A stretch of DNA of 64,000 nucleotides from Minisyncoccota bacterium (GTDB lineage Bacteria; Patescibacteriota; Minisyncoccia; Phycocordibacterales; JABAAK01): NCBI GenBank assembly GCA_965216295.1, contig OZ244141.1, positions 295,671-359,670 of the forward strand, read 5' to 3'. Position 1 is the first letter of the stretch. The number at the start of each line of letters is the position of its first letter. Below, piece after piece: positions 1-8,724 of the stretch. Below the pieces are notes generated by a model. It searched no databases. It had not been told where the DNA came from and worked only from the letters and a program-made list of their open reading frames with translations. Made by a program: the position numbers and the translations under genes.

Positions 1-995
1 TAGTCTTAGAAGCTGGGATAGAAGAGCCGGGTGATATGGCACGTGTGGTAAAGCTCATACAGCCAGATATGACAGTGCTGACACAACTTGCTGAAACACC
101 AGTTCATGTCGCTCAGTTTGAAAATCGGCAAGCACTCTATGACGAAAAAGAATTATTGATTACAGCAACAAAAGAGAGAGGAACACTTGTGTTTAACATC
201 AATGACTCATATCAACACCCTATGGTAGAACGTGCACACGCAACTATTCGTCGTGTTAGTTTTGGTGGGGAAGAAGGATCGATGGTGCGGTGTGTCAATA
301 GAATGCCGATTGTTGAAGATGGAAAACCCGTTGGTAGTGAAGTGACACTTGCAATACGCGGGACTAACGAGACGTTCTTTATTCCAGGAGCTCTTGGTTT
401 TGGTGTGATGAACTCCCTTATCGCGGCAGTTACCGTAGGAGTTCTCTGTAACGTATCTGTTGAGAGTATGCGTCGTTCTGTTGCATCGTATACAACACCG
501 CCAGGAAGGATGCGTATTGTTCCTGGTGTGCAAGGGAGTACCATTCTTGATGATTCATACAACGCATCGCCCATAGCGGCGGTTTGTGCATTAGAGGAAC
601 TTGGGTTTTTTAAAGAGTCAAAACGGATTGTTGTTTTTGGTGAAATGATTCAGTTAGGTGATGCAACACAGCGAGCGTACACAAGAATTGGTGAAGTTGC
701 CGCAGAGTGTGCTGATATTGTTGTGACAGTAGGAGAAGGTGCCTTTCCCATCGCAGAGAGTGCTGTGACACAGGGGGCAAAGGTATACCGTATGGAAAAC
801 AGTACAGCAGCCAAACAGGTGCTGGATGATATTATTGATGAAAAGACGGTGGTGCTTTTCAAAGGATCACAGGTAGCACGAATGGAAAAACTACTAAAAC
901 ACTACGTTGATAAGCGTATTGATGTGAAAAGAATCTTGGTACGACAGGAGGATCAGTGGCAAAAAACAGATATGGACTTTTTTTTGAAACAATGA
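1..995 (+). CDS. murF: UDP-N-acetylmuramoyl-tripeptide--D-alanyl-D-alanine ligase (MurF), 3' portion; 5' end lies outside the window
   Basis: Reading frame is open from the window edge (first in-frame ATG at 36). The translation has Mur-ligase central and C-terminal domains, including the MurF-typical DDSYNASP motif and the GxxG region FGVMNSLIAA. Confidence 0.8.
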   Translation, partial: VLEAGIEEPGDMARVVKLIQPDMTVLTQLAETPVHVAQFENRQALYDEKELLITATKERGTLVFNINDSYQHPMVERAHATIRRVSFGGEEGSMVRCVNRMPIVEDGKPVGSEVTLAIRGTNETFFIPGALGFGVMNSLIAAVTVGVLCNVSVESMRRSVASYTTPPGRMRIVPGVQGSTILDDSYNASPIAAVCALEELGFFKESKRIVVFGEMIQLGDATQRAYTRIGEVAAECADIVVTVGEGAFPIAESAVTQGAKVYRMENSTAAKQVLDDIIDEKTVVLFKGSQVARMEKLLKHYVDKRIDVKRILVRQEDQWQKTDMDFFLKQ

Positions 996-1007
996 TACGA
1001 TAGGAGC

Positions 1008-1652
1008 ATGAAAGTATTATTTCTCAACTGTACGTTGAAATACGCACCAGATATTTCTAATACAGAAGCACTCATTCTGAAAGCGAAGAAAGAGTATGAA
1101 AAATTTGATGCTGAGTGTGAAATAGTACGTATCAATGATTACAATATTAAGTTTGGCGTTTCTTCAGATGAAGGTGGTGGTGATGAATGGCCAAAAGTGC
1201 TTGAGAAGATAAAGCAGGCTGATATTCTCATTGTAGGAATGCCAATATGGTTTGGTGTGAGAAGTTCGGTAGCACAATTATTGATTGAACGACTTGATGG
1301 TACCTATGATGAGGTAGACAAGACAACAGGGCAGTTCCCACTCTACAACAAGATAGCTGGAGTTATGGTGACTGGTAACGAAGACGGGGCACATGATTGT
1401 TGCGCAACTACGCTATACAACCTTTCTCACCTCGGTTGTGTTGTTCCACCAAATTCTGACTCATACTGGGTTGGCGATGCTGGACCAGGACCAAGTTATA
1501 TTGAAGCAGGTGGTGATAAACACCTCTATACAAACAAAACAACCAAGTTTATGGTTCGAAACACACTTCATATGGCAAAAGTAATGAAGGAAATGCCATT
1601 GAAGATAAATCTTTCAGAGGTTATTGAAGAGGCAAAGAAAGAGTCACGATAA
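1008..1652 (+). CDS. NAD(P)H-dependent FMN reductase / flavodoxin-like fold protein
   Basis: 214-aa ORF with an ATG start. The ILIVGMPIWFG-type segment and overall pattern match the NADPH-dependent FMN reductase (flavodoxin-like) family. Confidence 0.55.
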   Translation: MKVLFLNCTLKYAPDISNTEALILKAKKEYEKFDAECEIVRINDYNIKFGVSSDEGGGDEWPKVLEKIKQADILIVGMPIWFGVRSSVAQLLIERLDGTYDEVDKTTGQFPLYNKIAGVMVTGNEDGAHDCCATTLYNLSHLGCVVPPNSDSYWVGDAGPGPSYIEAGGDKHLYTNKTTKFMVRNTLHMAKVMKEMPLKINLSEVIEEAKKESR

Positions 1653-1667
1653 TGATATACTTAATAT

Positions 1668-2036
1668 ATGGGTAAATATACAGCAGTCCTTCTTATTATT
1701 ACTGTCATTCTTTTGATACTTTACTTTTTTGGTAATAATGGTAATAAAAGAGATGCTCTTGCTAATACCACTCCGCCATCAGAAGTAACAAAGCTTGGTG
1801 CTTGTGCTATAACAGGATGTAATAGTCATTTGTGTGTAGAGAAAGATCAGGCTAATGATATTGTTACAACGTGTGAATTTCTCCCTGTCTATGCTTGTTA
1901 TCAAAATGTTGGTGTGTGTGAGTGGCAGATTGATGACAATGCCTGTGGTTGGACACAGACGGATGAATTGAAACAGTGTATCGTAGAGGTAGAAAAAGAA
2001 GACGCTCTTAATCGTTCTGTTTACGAGGCTATATAG
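1668..2036 (+). CDS. small N-terminally membrane-anchored cysteine-rich protein, hypothetical
   Basis: 122-aa ORF with an N-terminal hydrophobic anchor (AVLLIITVILLILYFF) followed by a soluble part with 9 Cys. No recognisable family. Its stop codon abuts tRNA-Glu. Confidence 0.45.
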   Translation: MGKYTAVLLIITVILLILYFFGNNGNKRDALANTTPPSEVTKLGACAITGCNSHLCVEKDQANDIVTTCEFLPVYACYQNVGVCEWQIDDNACGWTQTDELKQCIVEVEKEDALNRSVYEAI

Positions 2037-2107
2037 GCCCCATCGTCTAGCGGCTAGGACGTAGCCCTCTCACGGCTGAAACCGGGGTTCGATTCCCCGT
2101 GGGGTCA
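2036..2107 (+). tRNA. tRNA-Glu (anticodon CTC)
   Basis: 72-nt cloverleaf read by eye. Acceptor GGCCCCA/TGGGGTC, T-arm GGGGTTCGATTCCCC, anticodon stem TAGCC/GGCTG with loop CTCTCAC, so anticodon CUC. No encoded CCA. Confidence 0.85.
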
Positions 2108-2164
2108 CATACAGATAATTATTTACATCAATAAATTTAAGGTTGAGTTTTTTATACATAACAC

Positions 2165-2190
2165 AGCTTATATTTTTTAAAATATAAGCT
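2165..2190. promoter_or_regulatory. perfect palindrome AGCTTATATTTT-tt-AAAATATAAGCT (12-bp arms) about 15 bp upstream of the methyltransferase start; candidate operator
   Basis: The inverted repeat was read directly. It lies between tRNA-Glu and the ATG at 2205. Confidence 0.4.
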
Positions 2191-2204
2191 ATACTTAACT
2201 TAAT

Positions 2205-3296
2205 ATGAGTAACACAAGGTGGAGCAGGATACCAAAAAATATAAGAAAAAATGTTCATGGAATGTGTAGCTATCTAGCGATGTTTCCACCAAATATTCCA
2301 AACTATTTTATTAAAAAATATACAAAAGAAGGTGATGTTGTTTTAGATCCATTTTCCGGAAGAGGTACTACTATCACAGAGGCTTCCTATCTCAACAGAA
2401 AGGCAATAGGTTCAGATTTAAACCCATTAGCAATAGTTTTATCTCGTGCCAAAGTTAGTGTCCCATCAAGAAATTCTATAATTAGAAGAATAAAAAAAAT
2501 TGAAACAGATTTTAAAAAATCAAAAAAAAATAGTATCATCAATCAAGAAAAAAATATAAAGATGATTTTTAATCCTAGTACACTAAGAGAATTAGTTTTT
2601 CTTCAAGATAATTTAAATTGGAAAAAAAATAGAATTGATAATTACATAACTGCAATGATTCTAGGGATTTTACACGGCGGATCAAAAAATTATCTATCAA
2701 TTCAAATGCCTAATACTTTTTCAATGTCTCCAAACTACATCAAAAGTTATATAAAAAAAGAAGGATTGAAAAAAGAATATAGAAATGTATTTAAATGTCT
2801 TCGTAAAAAATTTGAGAATTGTTATGATAAACCAAATATTGCAGGGAATGTATTTAAACAGAATGCATTAAAGATGAATAAGGTGAAAAAAAATAGCGTA
2901 AATTTGATAATCACATCACCACCATATTTAGACGTAATTAAATACGGACAATATAATTGGATAAGGCTTTGGTTTATAAAAGAGGGTGCGAGAAAGATAG
3001 ATCAAACACTATTTACATCTCAATCTCTAAATAAGTATGTTAATTTTATGAAAGATTTTTTAAACCAATCAAAAAAAGTACTAAAAAGAAACGGAAAAAT
3101 TATACTAATAATAGGTGATGTTAGAGGTTTAAATCTTGCGAAAAAAGTTTGGGAAAATAGCGCGGAACCACTCGGTTATGTAAAAGAATATTTGTTAAAG
3201 GATGAAATTGATGAAAACACAAAAACTACAAAAATATGGAATGAAAGAAAGGGAAAAGCTACGAAAATTGATAGAGTTCTTATTTTGTCAAACTAG
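2205..3296 (+). CDS. DNA amino-methyltransferase (N4-cytosine or N6-adenine), motif I then motif IV order
   Basis: 363 aa. Motif I-like VVLDPFSGRGTTITEA lies near the N-terminus and motif IV LIITSPPYLD about 190 aa later, with a putative target-recognition region between. Very AT-rich coding sequence. The 3' end overlaps the convergent GHKL gene by 9 nt. Confidence 0.75.
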   Translation: MSNTRWSRIPKNIRKNVHGMCSYLAMFPPNIPNYFIKKYTKEGDVVLDPFSGRGTTITEASYLNRKAIGSDLNPLAIVLSRAKVSVPSRNSIIRRIKKIETDFKKSKKNSIINQEKNIKMIFNPSTLRELVFLQDNLNWKKNRIDNYITAMILGILHGGSKNYLSIQMPNTFSMSPNYIKSYIKKEGLKKEYRNVFKCLRKKFENCYDKPNIAGNVFKQNALKMNKVKKNSVNLIITSPPYLDVIKYGQYNWIRLWFIKEGARKIDQTLFTSQSLNKYVNFMKDFLNQSKKVLKRNGKIILIIGDVRGLNLAKKVWENSAEPLGYVKEYLLKDEIDENTKTTKIWNERKGKATKIDRVLILSN

Positions 3297-5522
3297 CTTA
3301 TGAAAAATTAATAATTGTAATATTGTACTACTGGCGACAGAAAGCGCCTCATTTTTAAATTCATTGATTGTAGATTCATCTGCAGATTCACCTTTGTCAC
3401 CAACAAAAAGAGAATCAAGATTTTTTGAATGTTCTAAATTAAAACAGGAGTATGCAAGAAATATAGAATAGTGACTTTTCATCTTTTCAATATTTTTTAT
3501 TTTATTCTTTTTTATAAAAGATTGATAATATTTATTAGAGAGATTTATGAAAATTATAATATTATTTTTTGTTTCTTCATATTTTGCAAAATCTTTCTCA
3601 TTGTTAAAAACCCTTTTCCATATTTCGTAAGTTTTTTTATCATCTTTTGATACAGATTTAATTTCAGGAGAACCACGTAAATTTTTTTTATTACCAGAAT
3701 TCTCCTCAATAATAAATATCACCCTCCCTTCACTTATTAAATCTTTTTTATGCGAATTTAACAAAACATGAACTTTAAAATTTTTACCTATTTTTGCAAC
3801 ATTACTTAGAGCACATCTAATTCTGCTTCTACCGCCAAAGAAATTATCTATTTGTATAGAATCTTTTTTAATATATTTTTTACTTTCGTCAATTAATTTG
3901 AGTTGATAGTATTTTGAGGTCTCATTTGATAAATCAGATTCAATATTTAAAGTTAATATTTTACCTATTTTTGCATTTATAGGAGGTTGGTTTGTTATTT
4001 TTATATATGTAGGAAAATCTTTTGTTTCAATTATTTTTTTCTTTCCACCATCACCCGATCCATTACCACCCGATCCACCATCACCTTCAGTTTTTTCATC
4101 ACCCGAAATACTTATTTGTCCAACAAGTAAATTATTTTTTAACATTTTTGCTAAAATTTCTTGCATTTTTTCAGATCCCTTTTGCATACCTTTTGCTGCT
4201 TCTTCAGAATATTTTCTACTTTGTTCATCCAACAGGATAGGGTCATCAGAGATAAACTTAACTATCTCTTCTTTAATTTTCTGCCTAGATTCATTCGTTA
4301 ATCTTTGTCTATCTGTAATAAATGTCTTTTTTTTGCTTTCATTAGAAATTTTATTGCAGTTAACTTCTATAATTAAATTTTCTTTTAATTGTGGGAGTTT
4401 TGCATTTTCTTCAATTAGGCGTCTTGAAAATTTTCCATGTACTTGTCCATTGAATGTTACTAAAATGGGATTTTTACAATCATGTAAAAAACGATTTACC
4501 TTTTGACTTTCACCATTTTTATCATCCTTTAGATAATAGTATGTCAAAACTATTTCCTCCCCATCATTAAAATATTGAGATACTGTAGTTTTATTAAGTA
4601 TTTTATTTTCTTCAACATTATTTATCAACCTTCTTTTTAAACCTTGCATGTTTTTTACATTCCATTGCTCTGGTTTATCTTTTTTGTCTCTATTAAAATA
4701 CCCTATTTTATATGCAAATGCAGGGTTGAAAAGTATTTCATCACAGACCTTATAAAACTCACGTCCAATTATATTTTTTTCAAATTCAATGTGAAAAACA
4801 AGAGTGCCAAAAAAATCCTTTTTAAATCCTTTGTTAATTTCAGAATTAAAAGTTTCCTTCATTTCATCAAAGGGAATTGTTATTGGTAAATCGTCTTCAG
4901 ATGAAACTAGGTATTCATATTTTCCCTGTTTTGCAAACTCATCATCATCTAAGGAATTAAATCGTATAATTGTAAATGAAAGATTTGTATCTTTAACTGA
5001 ACAAATTATCGTATATTTATTACCACCGCAAACCGTCGATCCACCTTGACCAAAAGACCCCATTGTATATTTTTTTCTAAATTTATTAGAGGCATTTAAA
5101 GATAATATAGTATTTGTCATTTCTTCATTTGTTAAACCCACACCATTGTCCCAAAACAAAAAATTAGTAAATTTTTTTGTTTTATGTATTTCCACAAAAA
5201 TGTCATCTTTATGTATTTCTTCATTTTTTTCTTTTAAAAAATTAATAACATCATAAGGGCTATTAAAATTTTCAAATTCTTTATATTTTTTTGCAAATTT
5301 TTCTATATATGCATCAATTGAATTTGTTATACGTTCTAGAAGTAAACCCACATCAGCATCAGCTGAATGTACTGTTGAATAGTTTGCCTCTCTGTCACCC
5401 AAATCTCTCCATTTCAGTTTATCGTCATCATTCAAAGATGACACTATTTGATCAACTTCAACAGTTTCTATATTTCTTTTTTGCAAAAAGGATTTTATAA
5501 TTTTTCTGATGTCATTTCTCAT
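3288..5522 (-). CDS. MORC/Hsp90-like GHKL ATPase with Gly-rich linker and uncharacterised roughly 250-aa C-terminal domain
   Basis: 744 aa. Bergerat-fold motifs are present: N-box ERITNSIDAY, G1 box WDNGVGLTNEEM, G2 box MGSFGQGGSTVCG. A GDGGSGGNGSGDGGKKK linker precedes a C-terminal region with no recognisable motifs. The start ATG overlaps the stop of the upstream 75-aa ORF (ATGA). Confidence 0.7.
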   Translation of the reverse strand: MRNDIRKIIKSFLQKRNIETVEVDQIVSSLNDDDKLKWRDLGDREANYSTVHSADADVGLLLERITNSIDAYIEKFAKKYKEFENFNSPYDVINFLKEKNEEIHKDDIFVEIHKTKKFTNFLFWDNGVGLTNEEMTNTILSLNASNKFRKKYTMGSFGQGGSTVCGGNKYTIICSVKDTNLSFTIIRFNSLDDDEFAKQGKYEYLVSSEDDLPITIPFDEMKETFNSEINKGFKKDFFGTLVFHIEFEKNIIGREFYKVCDEILFNPAFAYKIGYFNRDKKDKPEQWNVKNMQGLKRRLINNVEENKILNKTTVSQYFNDGEEIVLTYYYLKDDKNGESQKVNRFLHDCKNPILVTFNGQVHGKFSRRLIEENAKLPQLKENLIIEVNCNKISNESKKKTFITDRQRLTNESRQKIKEEIVKFISDDPILLDEQSRKYSEEAAKGMQKGSEKMQEILAKMLKNNLLVGQISISGDEKTEGDGGSGGNGSGDGGKKKIIETKDFPTYIKITNQPPINAKIGKILTLNIESDLSNETSKYYQLKLIDESKKYIKKDSIQIDNFFGGRSRIRCALSNVAKIGKNFKVHVLLNSHKKDLISEGRVIFIIEENSGNKKNLRGSPEIKSVSKDDKKTYEIWKRVFNNEKDFAKYEETKNNIIIFINLSNKYYQSFIKKNKIKNIEKMKSHYSIFLAYSCFNLEHSKNLDSLFVGDKGESADESTINEFKNEALSVASSTILQLLIFHKLV

Positions 5523-5746
5523 AATCTAAACTTTTTATTTCTTTTATAATGAAACTTACTTTTTATATTTTTTACCTCTATTTCTATTTCTTTAAATATT
5601 TTTTGAATTTCCGCTTCATTATATTCATATGCACTTCTGTTAGCGCAATTTCCAAGTATTTTTAGAGACTTAAGAACCATGTTAGTTCTATAGTTAGCTA
5701 ATCTTCTAAATCTATCCCTTTTTTCCTTTGGTTTATTATTTATCAT
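5519..5746 (-). CDS. small basic protein, hypothetical; translationally coupled to the GHKL ATPase
   Basis: 75-aa ORF, Lys/Arg-rich, ATG start. Its stop overlaps the GHKL start codon, and an AT-rich putative promoter region (TATATATAT) lies upstream. Confidence 0.45.
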   Translation of the reverse strand: MINNKPKEKRDRFRRLANYRTNMVLKSLKILGNCANRSAYEYNEAEIQKIFKEIEIEVKNIKSKFHYKRNKKFRL

Positions 5747-5876
5747 AAATACGTAGTGTATTTATATATATATCATATCCTTATGTTATTTGTCAATTAT
5801 AAGGTGTCTTAGTGTTTAATAAAGAAAATTTGTGATTGTAAATATGGAGAAAAGGTATCAAAAAATAAACAAAACT

Positions 5877-6686
5877 CTATTCCTCCAAAATATAGTAGGT
5901 GATAGAAGAATATGAGGTTATCTTATTCTCACCAACACTAATAGGCACATCAGCTACATCTAACGACGAGGATTCTAAACTAACAGATTTGGCACCGTAT
6001 TGTGAAGAGTTTCGATATGGAGAAGCACCACCACCACCTATATTCACACTCATTACCTTACCGAGACGTATACCCGTCTCTTTTGATACCTTTTTCGCTC
6101 TCTCCTTTGCATTTTTCACTGAAAGGACAAGAGCATCATCTTGCAATTCTCGCTGTTTTTCAGGATCAACCAAGAACTGAAGATTACTCACATTTTCAAC
6201 ACCTTTGTCGGAGATAGCAGAGAGGATACCTGCAGCAGCATCTAAATCTCGTATCGTTATCGCAGTAGTATGAGTTACTTCATATCCTTTAAATACTCGT
6301 TTGCGAGTACCTTTTTTAGCAAGTATTTCATACTCATACTTTGGATGTATAGAATAGGTGATTGTTTTAACATCTTCGTCATCAATCTTAGCCTTTTTAT
6401 CCAAATAATTATATATATCAGACACCTTCTCAGAAACCGCAACTCTTGCTTGAGAAACATCATCATTCAATTCTCGAACAGTGAAACTCAACTGTGCTAT
6501 GTCTGGGATAGCGAGTACTTCTCCGTATCCAGTAAAGGTGAGCGTATCTCTCTCATTCAAATTAGCAACTCTATTTTCTCTGTATGTGTAGGATAAGACA
6601 GCAATAGAAATAACGACAAGTAAAACCGTAGCAGAAAGCATGAGTGCTATGAGAGCTTTGGTTTTTTTATCCATATCTGCGAACAT
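5877..6686 (-). CDS. SIMPL-domain (DUF541, YggE-like) periplasmic/membrane-anchored protein
   Basis: 269 aa with an N-terminal TM anchor. The C-terminal region shows the SIMPL-like pattern (ALVLSVKNAKERAKKVSKETGIRLGKVMSVN). Confidence 0.6.
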   Translation of the reverse strand: MFADMDKKTKALIALMLSATVLLVVISIAVLSYTYRENRVANLNERDTLTFTGYGEVLAIPDIAQLSFTVRELNDDVSQARVAVSEKVSDIYNYLDKKAKIDDEDVKTITYSIHPKYEYEILAKKGTRKRVFKGYEVTHTTAITIRDLDAAAGILSAISDKGVENVSNLQFLVDPEKQRELQDDALVLSVKNAKERAKKVSKETGIRLGKVMSVNIGGGGASPYRNSSQYGAKSVSLESSSLDVADVPISVGENKITSYSSITYYILEE

Positions 6687-6700
6687 CAGTATCAGTATAC

Positions 6701-7705
6701 CTATAATGTTTCAGAAGCGTCAACTGATGGAACACTCTCTAAAACAACACCATCATCTTTGTGACTTGTAATAAATGAAAACCACAATTCATAGTAACCA
6801 GGAATGTGCTTCGTGCCATTGTAAGCATTAATAACATCTCCATCTCGTTTCACCGTAACGCTGAGATTATCGTGTGAAAAGATTCTCTCTCCAGGGATGA
6901 TCTGAGAGTATTGAATAGCCGCAAACTGCTCACCAATTGGAATGATGTAGAACAATTCTTTTGCAAAAAATCGTTTATCGGTATGACTCACCGGAAAGAG
7001 TATCCTTTCATCTTGTTCATAGTCTCCGTATGGATAGACGCTGTAGTTTCTTAAGTGCCCAGTCTCTCTACTAACAACAGAGGTATTTGGGAATTTTGTT
7101 TTCACTTCACCAAAAGAGAGTAGTTGCAATGGCAGTAGTGTGAGTTTGGTTCCAGTATATTTTCCAATCACTGCTTCACCCCGTGATTGAGACCACAGTG
7201 ATTCTGTTTTTTTATCATACATGAGTAAGTTTGATTCCAAGAGGAGTCCACTCACACCAAATTCAAAAACCGCATCATCAATGCGCCTGTCGTACACTAT
7301 CCCAGAAGAGCAGAGTGGGCAAAAGGTAACGGCAATTGGTATACCCCCAACGATATCATTAATTATTTCATGCCATACCAAGATAGAGTAGGGATAAAAG
7401 ACACTCTCTCCATTGAGAGAAACATATATTCCTCTGCCATTGTCTTTCTCCTGAGCATCTTCCAGTGAAACACGCTTCGGACTGTAGAGCGCTGGTATGC
7501 CGTCTTTTGAGACTCCACCTGATAAAACGGTATCTATAGCAACAGAGGAGATACTGGTATCTGTCTTTAAACTGTATTTCTGAAAGGCATGAGCGCTAGA
7601 TTCCTCTTGTTTGTCATCATATAAGATTTGTTTTGTCTCGTACGAGGAGAACAGAGTGTAGCCGATAGGGATACTGACAAGAAAAACGAGTATATACCAT
7701 TTCAT
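6701..7705 (-). CDS. secreted/membrane-anchored hypothetical protein (DUF3179-like, TFCPLC motif)
   Basis: 334 aa with an N-terminal hydrophobic segment and a conserved-looking TFCPLCSSG motif. The family call is tentative. Confidence 0.45.
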   Translation of the reverse strand: MKWYILVFLVSIPIGYTLFSSYETKQILYDDKQEESSAHAFQKYSLKTDTSISSVAIDTVLSGGVSKDGIPALYSPKRVSLEDAQEKDNGRGIYVSLNGESVFYPYSILVWHEIINDIVGGIPIAVTFCPLCSSGIVYDRRIDDAVFEFGVSGLLLESNLLMYDKKTESLWSQSRGEAVIGKYTGTKLTLLPLQLLSFGEVKTKFPNTSVVSRETGHLRNYSVYPYGDYEQDERILFPVSHTDKRFFAKELFYIIPIGEQFAAIQYSQIIPGERIFSHDNLSVTVKRDGDVINAYNGTKHIPGYYELWFSFITSHKDDGVVLESVPSVDASETL

Positions 7706-7720
7706 AGTAATCAGTATATG

Positions 7721-8647
7721 CTATCGGTAGTTTAAAAGAGAGAGGAGTGCCATTCGGACGTAGAGGCCATTTTCTGCTTGTTTGAAATACCACGCTCGTT
7801 TGTTATCATCCACATCTACATCAAGTTCATCAACTCGTGGCAAAGGGTGCAATATGATAGCCTCATCTTTCATTGTTTCAGCAAGATCATTATTGAGGAT
7901 AAATCGACCCTTCATCCTTGTATATTCTTCTTCATTAGTGAATCGTTCTTTTTGTATTCTTGTCATGTAGCACACATCAGTGTCTTTGAGAGAGTTTCGT
8001 AGGTCATCTGTCTCTGTGTACGATACATTGTTTTCTTCTAAGAACTCCCGCATACCATCTGCTATTTTTGAATTTTCTGTTGAGACGAAGGTAAACGTAT
8101 TATTAAAACGAGAGAGGAGGTAGAGAAGAGAGTTCACCGTTCTACTCCGCAACAAATCACCAACGATAGTTATCGAAAGCCCTTCTAACCGTCCAAATTT
8201 CTCGTAAATGGTGTACATATCAAGAAGTGTCTGTGTCGGGTGTTGTGCCATACCTGAACCAGCATTGATGATGGGTATTTCTGCAACCCGAATTGCCTTA
8301 TCAGAAGAAGTGTCTTCGGTGTGTCGTATGATAACGGCATCAACATAGTTGTTCAACATCCGTATCGTATCCTCAATTGTTTCATTCTTATACGCAGAAG
8401 AAAAAATTGATGCGTTTTCTGTCCCTATCGTTTTTCCTCCCAATTTAAGAATTGCACTTTCAAATGAAAACTTTGTTCGTGTTGAGGGTTCATAAAAAAG
8501 AATGGCAAATATTTTGCCATTCAAACAGTCAGATTCTTTTTTTTCTTTAAACCGTTTCGTTTTATCAATCAGTGTATCTATATACTCTCGTGTAAATTGT
8601 TTTGTATGTATAATGTGATTTTTTGGACTCAGTGTTTTATAGTTCAT
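7721..8647 (-). CDS. pyrB: aspartate carbamoyltransferase catalytic subunit
   Basis: 308 aa. Carries the STRTKFSFE (STRTR-type) carbamoyl-phosphate motif, HPTQTLLD, and the C-terminal HPLPRVDEL that is typical of ATCase rather than OTCase. Confidence 0.8.
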   Translation of the reverse strand: MNYKTLSPKNHIIHTKQFTREYIDTLIDKTKRFKEKKESDCLNGKIFAILFYEPSTRTKFSFESAILKLGGKTIGTENASIFSSAYKNETIEDTIRMLNNYVDAVIIRHTEDTSSDKAIRVAEIPIINAGSGMAQHPTQTLLDMYTIYEKFGRLEGLSITIVGDLLRSRTVNSLLYLLSRFNNTFTFVSTENSKIADGMREFLEENNVSYTETDDLRNSLKDTDVCYMTRIQKERFTNEEEYTRMKGRFILNNDLAETMKDEAIILHPLPRVDELDVDVDDNKRAWYFKQAENGLYVRMALLSLLNYR

Positions 8648-8724
8648 ACACTGGAGAGGATTGTACCATCAAGAATTTGCTGAAAAAGAAAAAACAGTTC
8701 TCGTGTGGGGATAACACATGACGA

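Larger units (their letters stand above)
2108..5876. mobile_element. putative horizontally acquired AT-rich island adjacent to the tRNA-Glu 3' end (methyltransferase + GHKL ATPase + small protein)
   Basis: The segment is visibly far more AT-rich than the flanking housekeeping genes, with long A/T runs inside the coding sequence. It lies immediately 3' of a tRNA gene and carries defence-type genes. No integrase and no att duplication were found. Confidence 0.4.

Noticed and set aside
207-574. Two antisense ORFs (108 and 120 aa) inside murF
   Set aside because: They overlap entirely a well-supported housekeeping CDS on the other strand and have no recognisable motifs. Typical shadow ORFs.
2070-2258. 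62-aa minus-strand ORF overlapping tRNA-Glu and the palindrome
   Set aside because: It overlaps a confidently folded tRNA, has no ribosome-binding site, and is AT-rich noise.
2480-2660. Long A-runs (A8-A9) in the methyltransferase gene as possible frameshift or phase-variation sites
   Set aside because: The reading frame is intact across all runs in this sequence. Phase variation cannot be inferred from a single sequence.
2108-5876. Searched for a duplicated tRNA-Glu 3' end (GGTTCGATTCCCCGTGGGGTCA) at the far end of the MTase/GHKL island
   Set aside because: No copy was found between 5740 and 5880, so an att-type boundary cannot be claimed. Island status rests on composition and gene content only.
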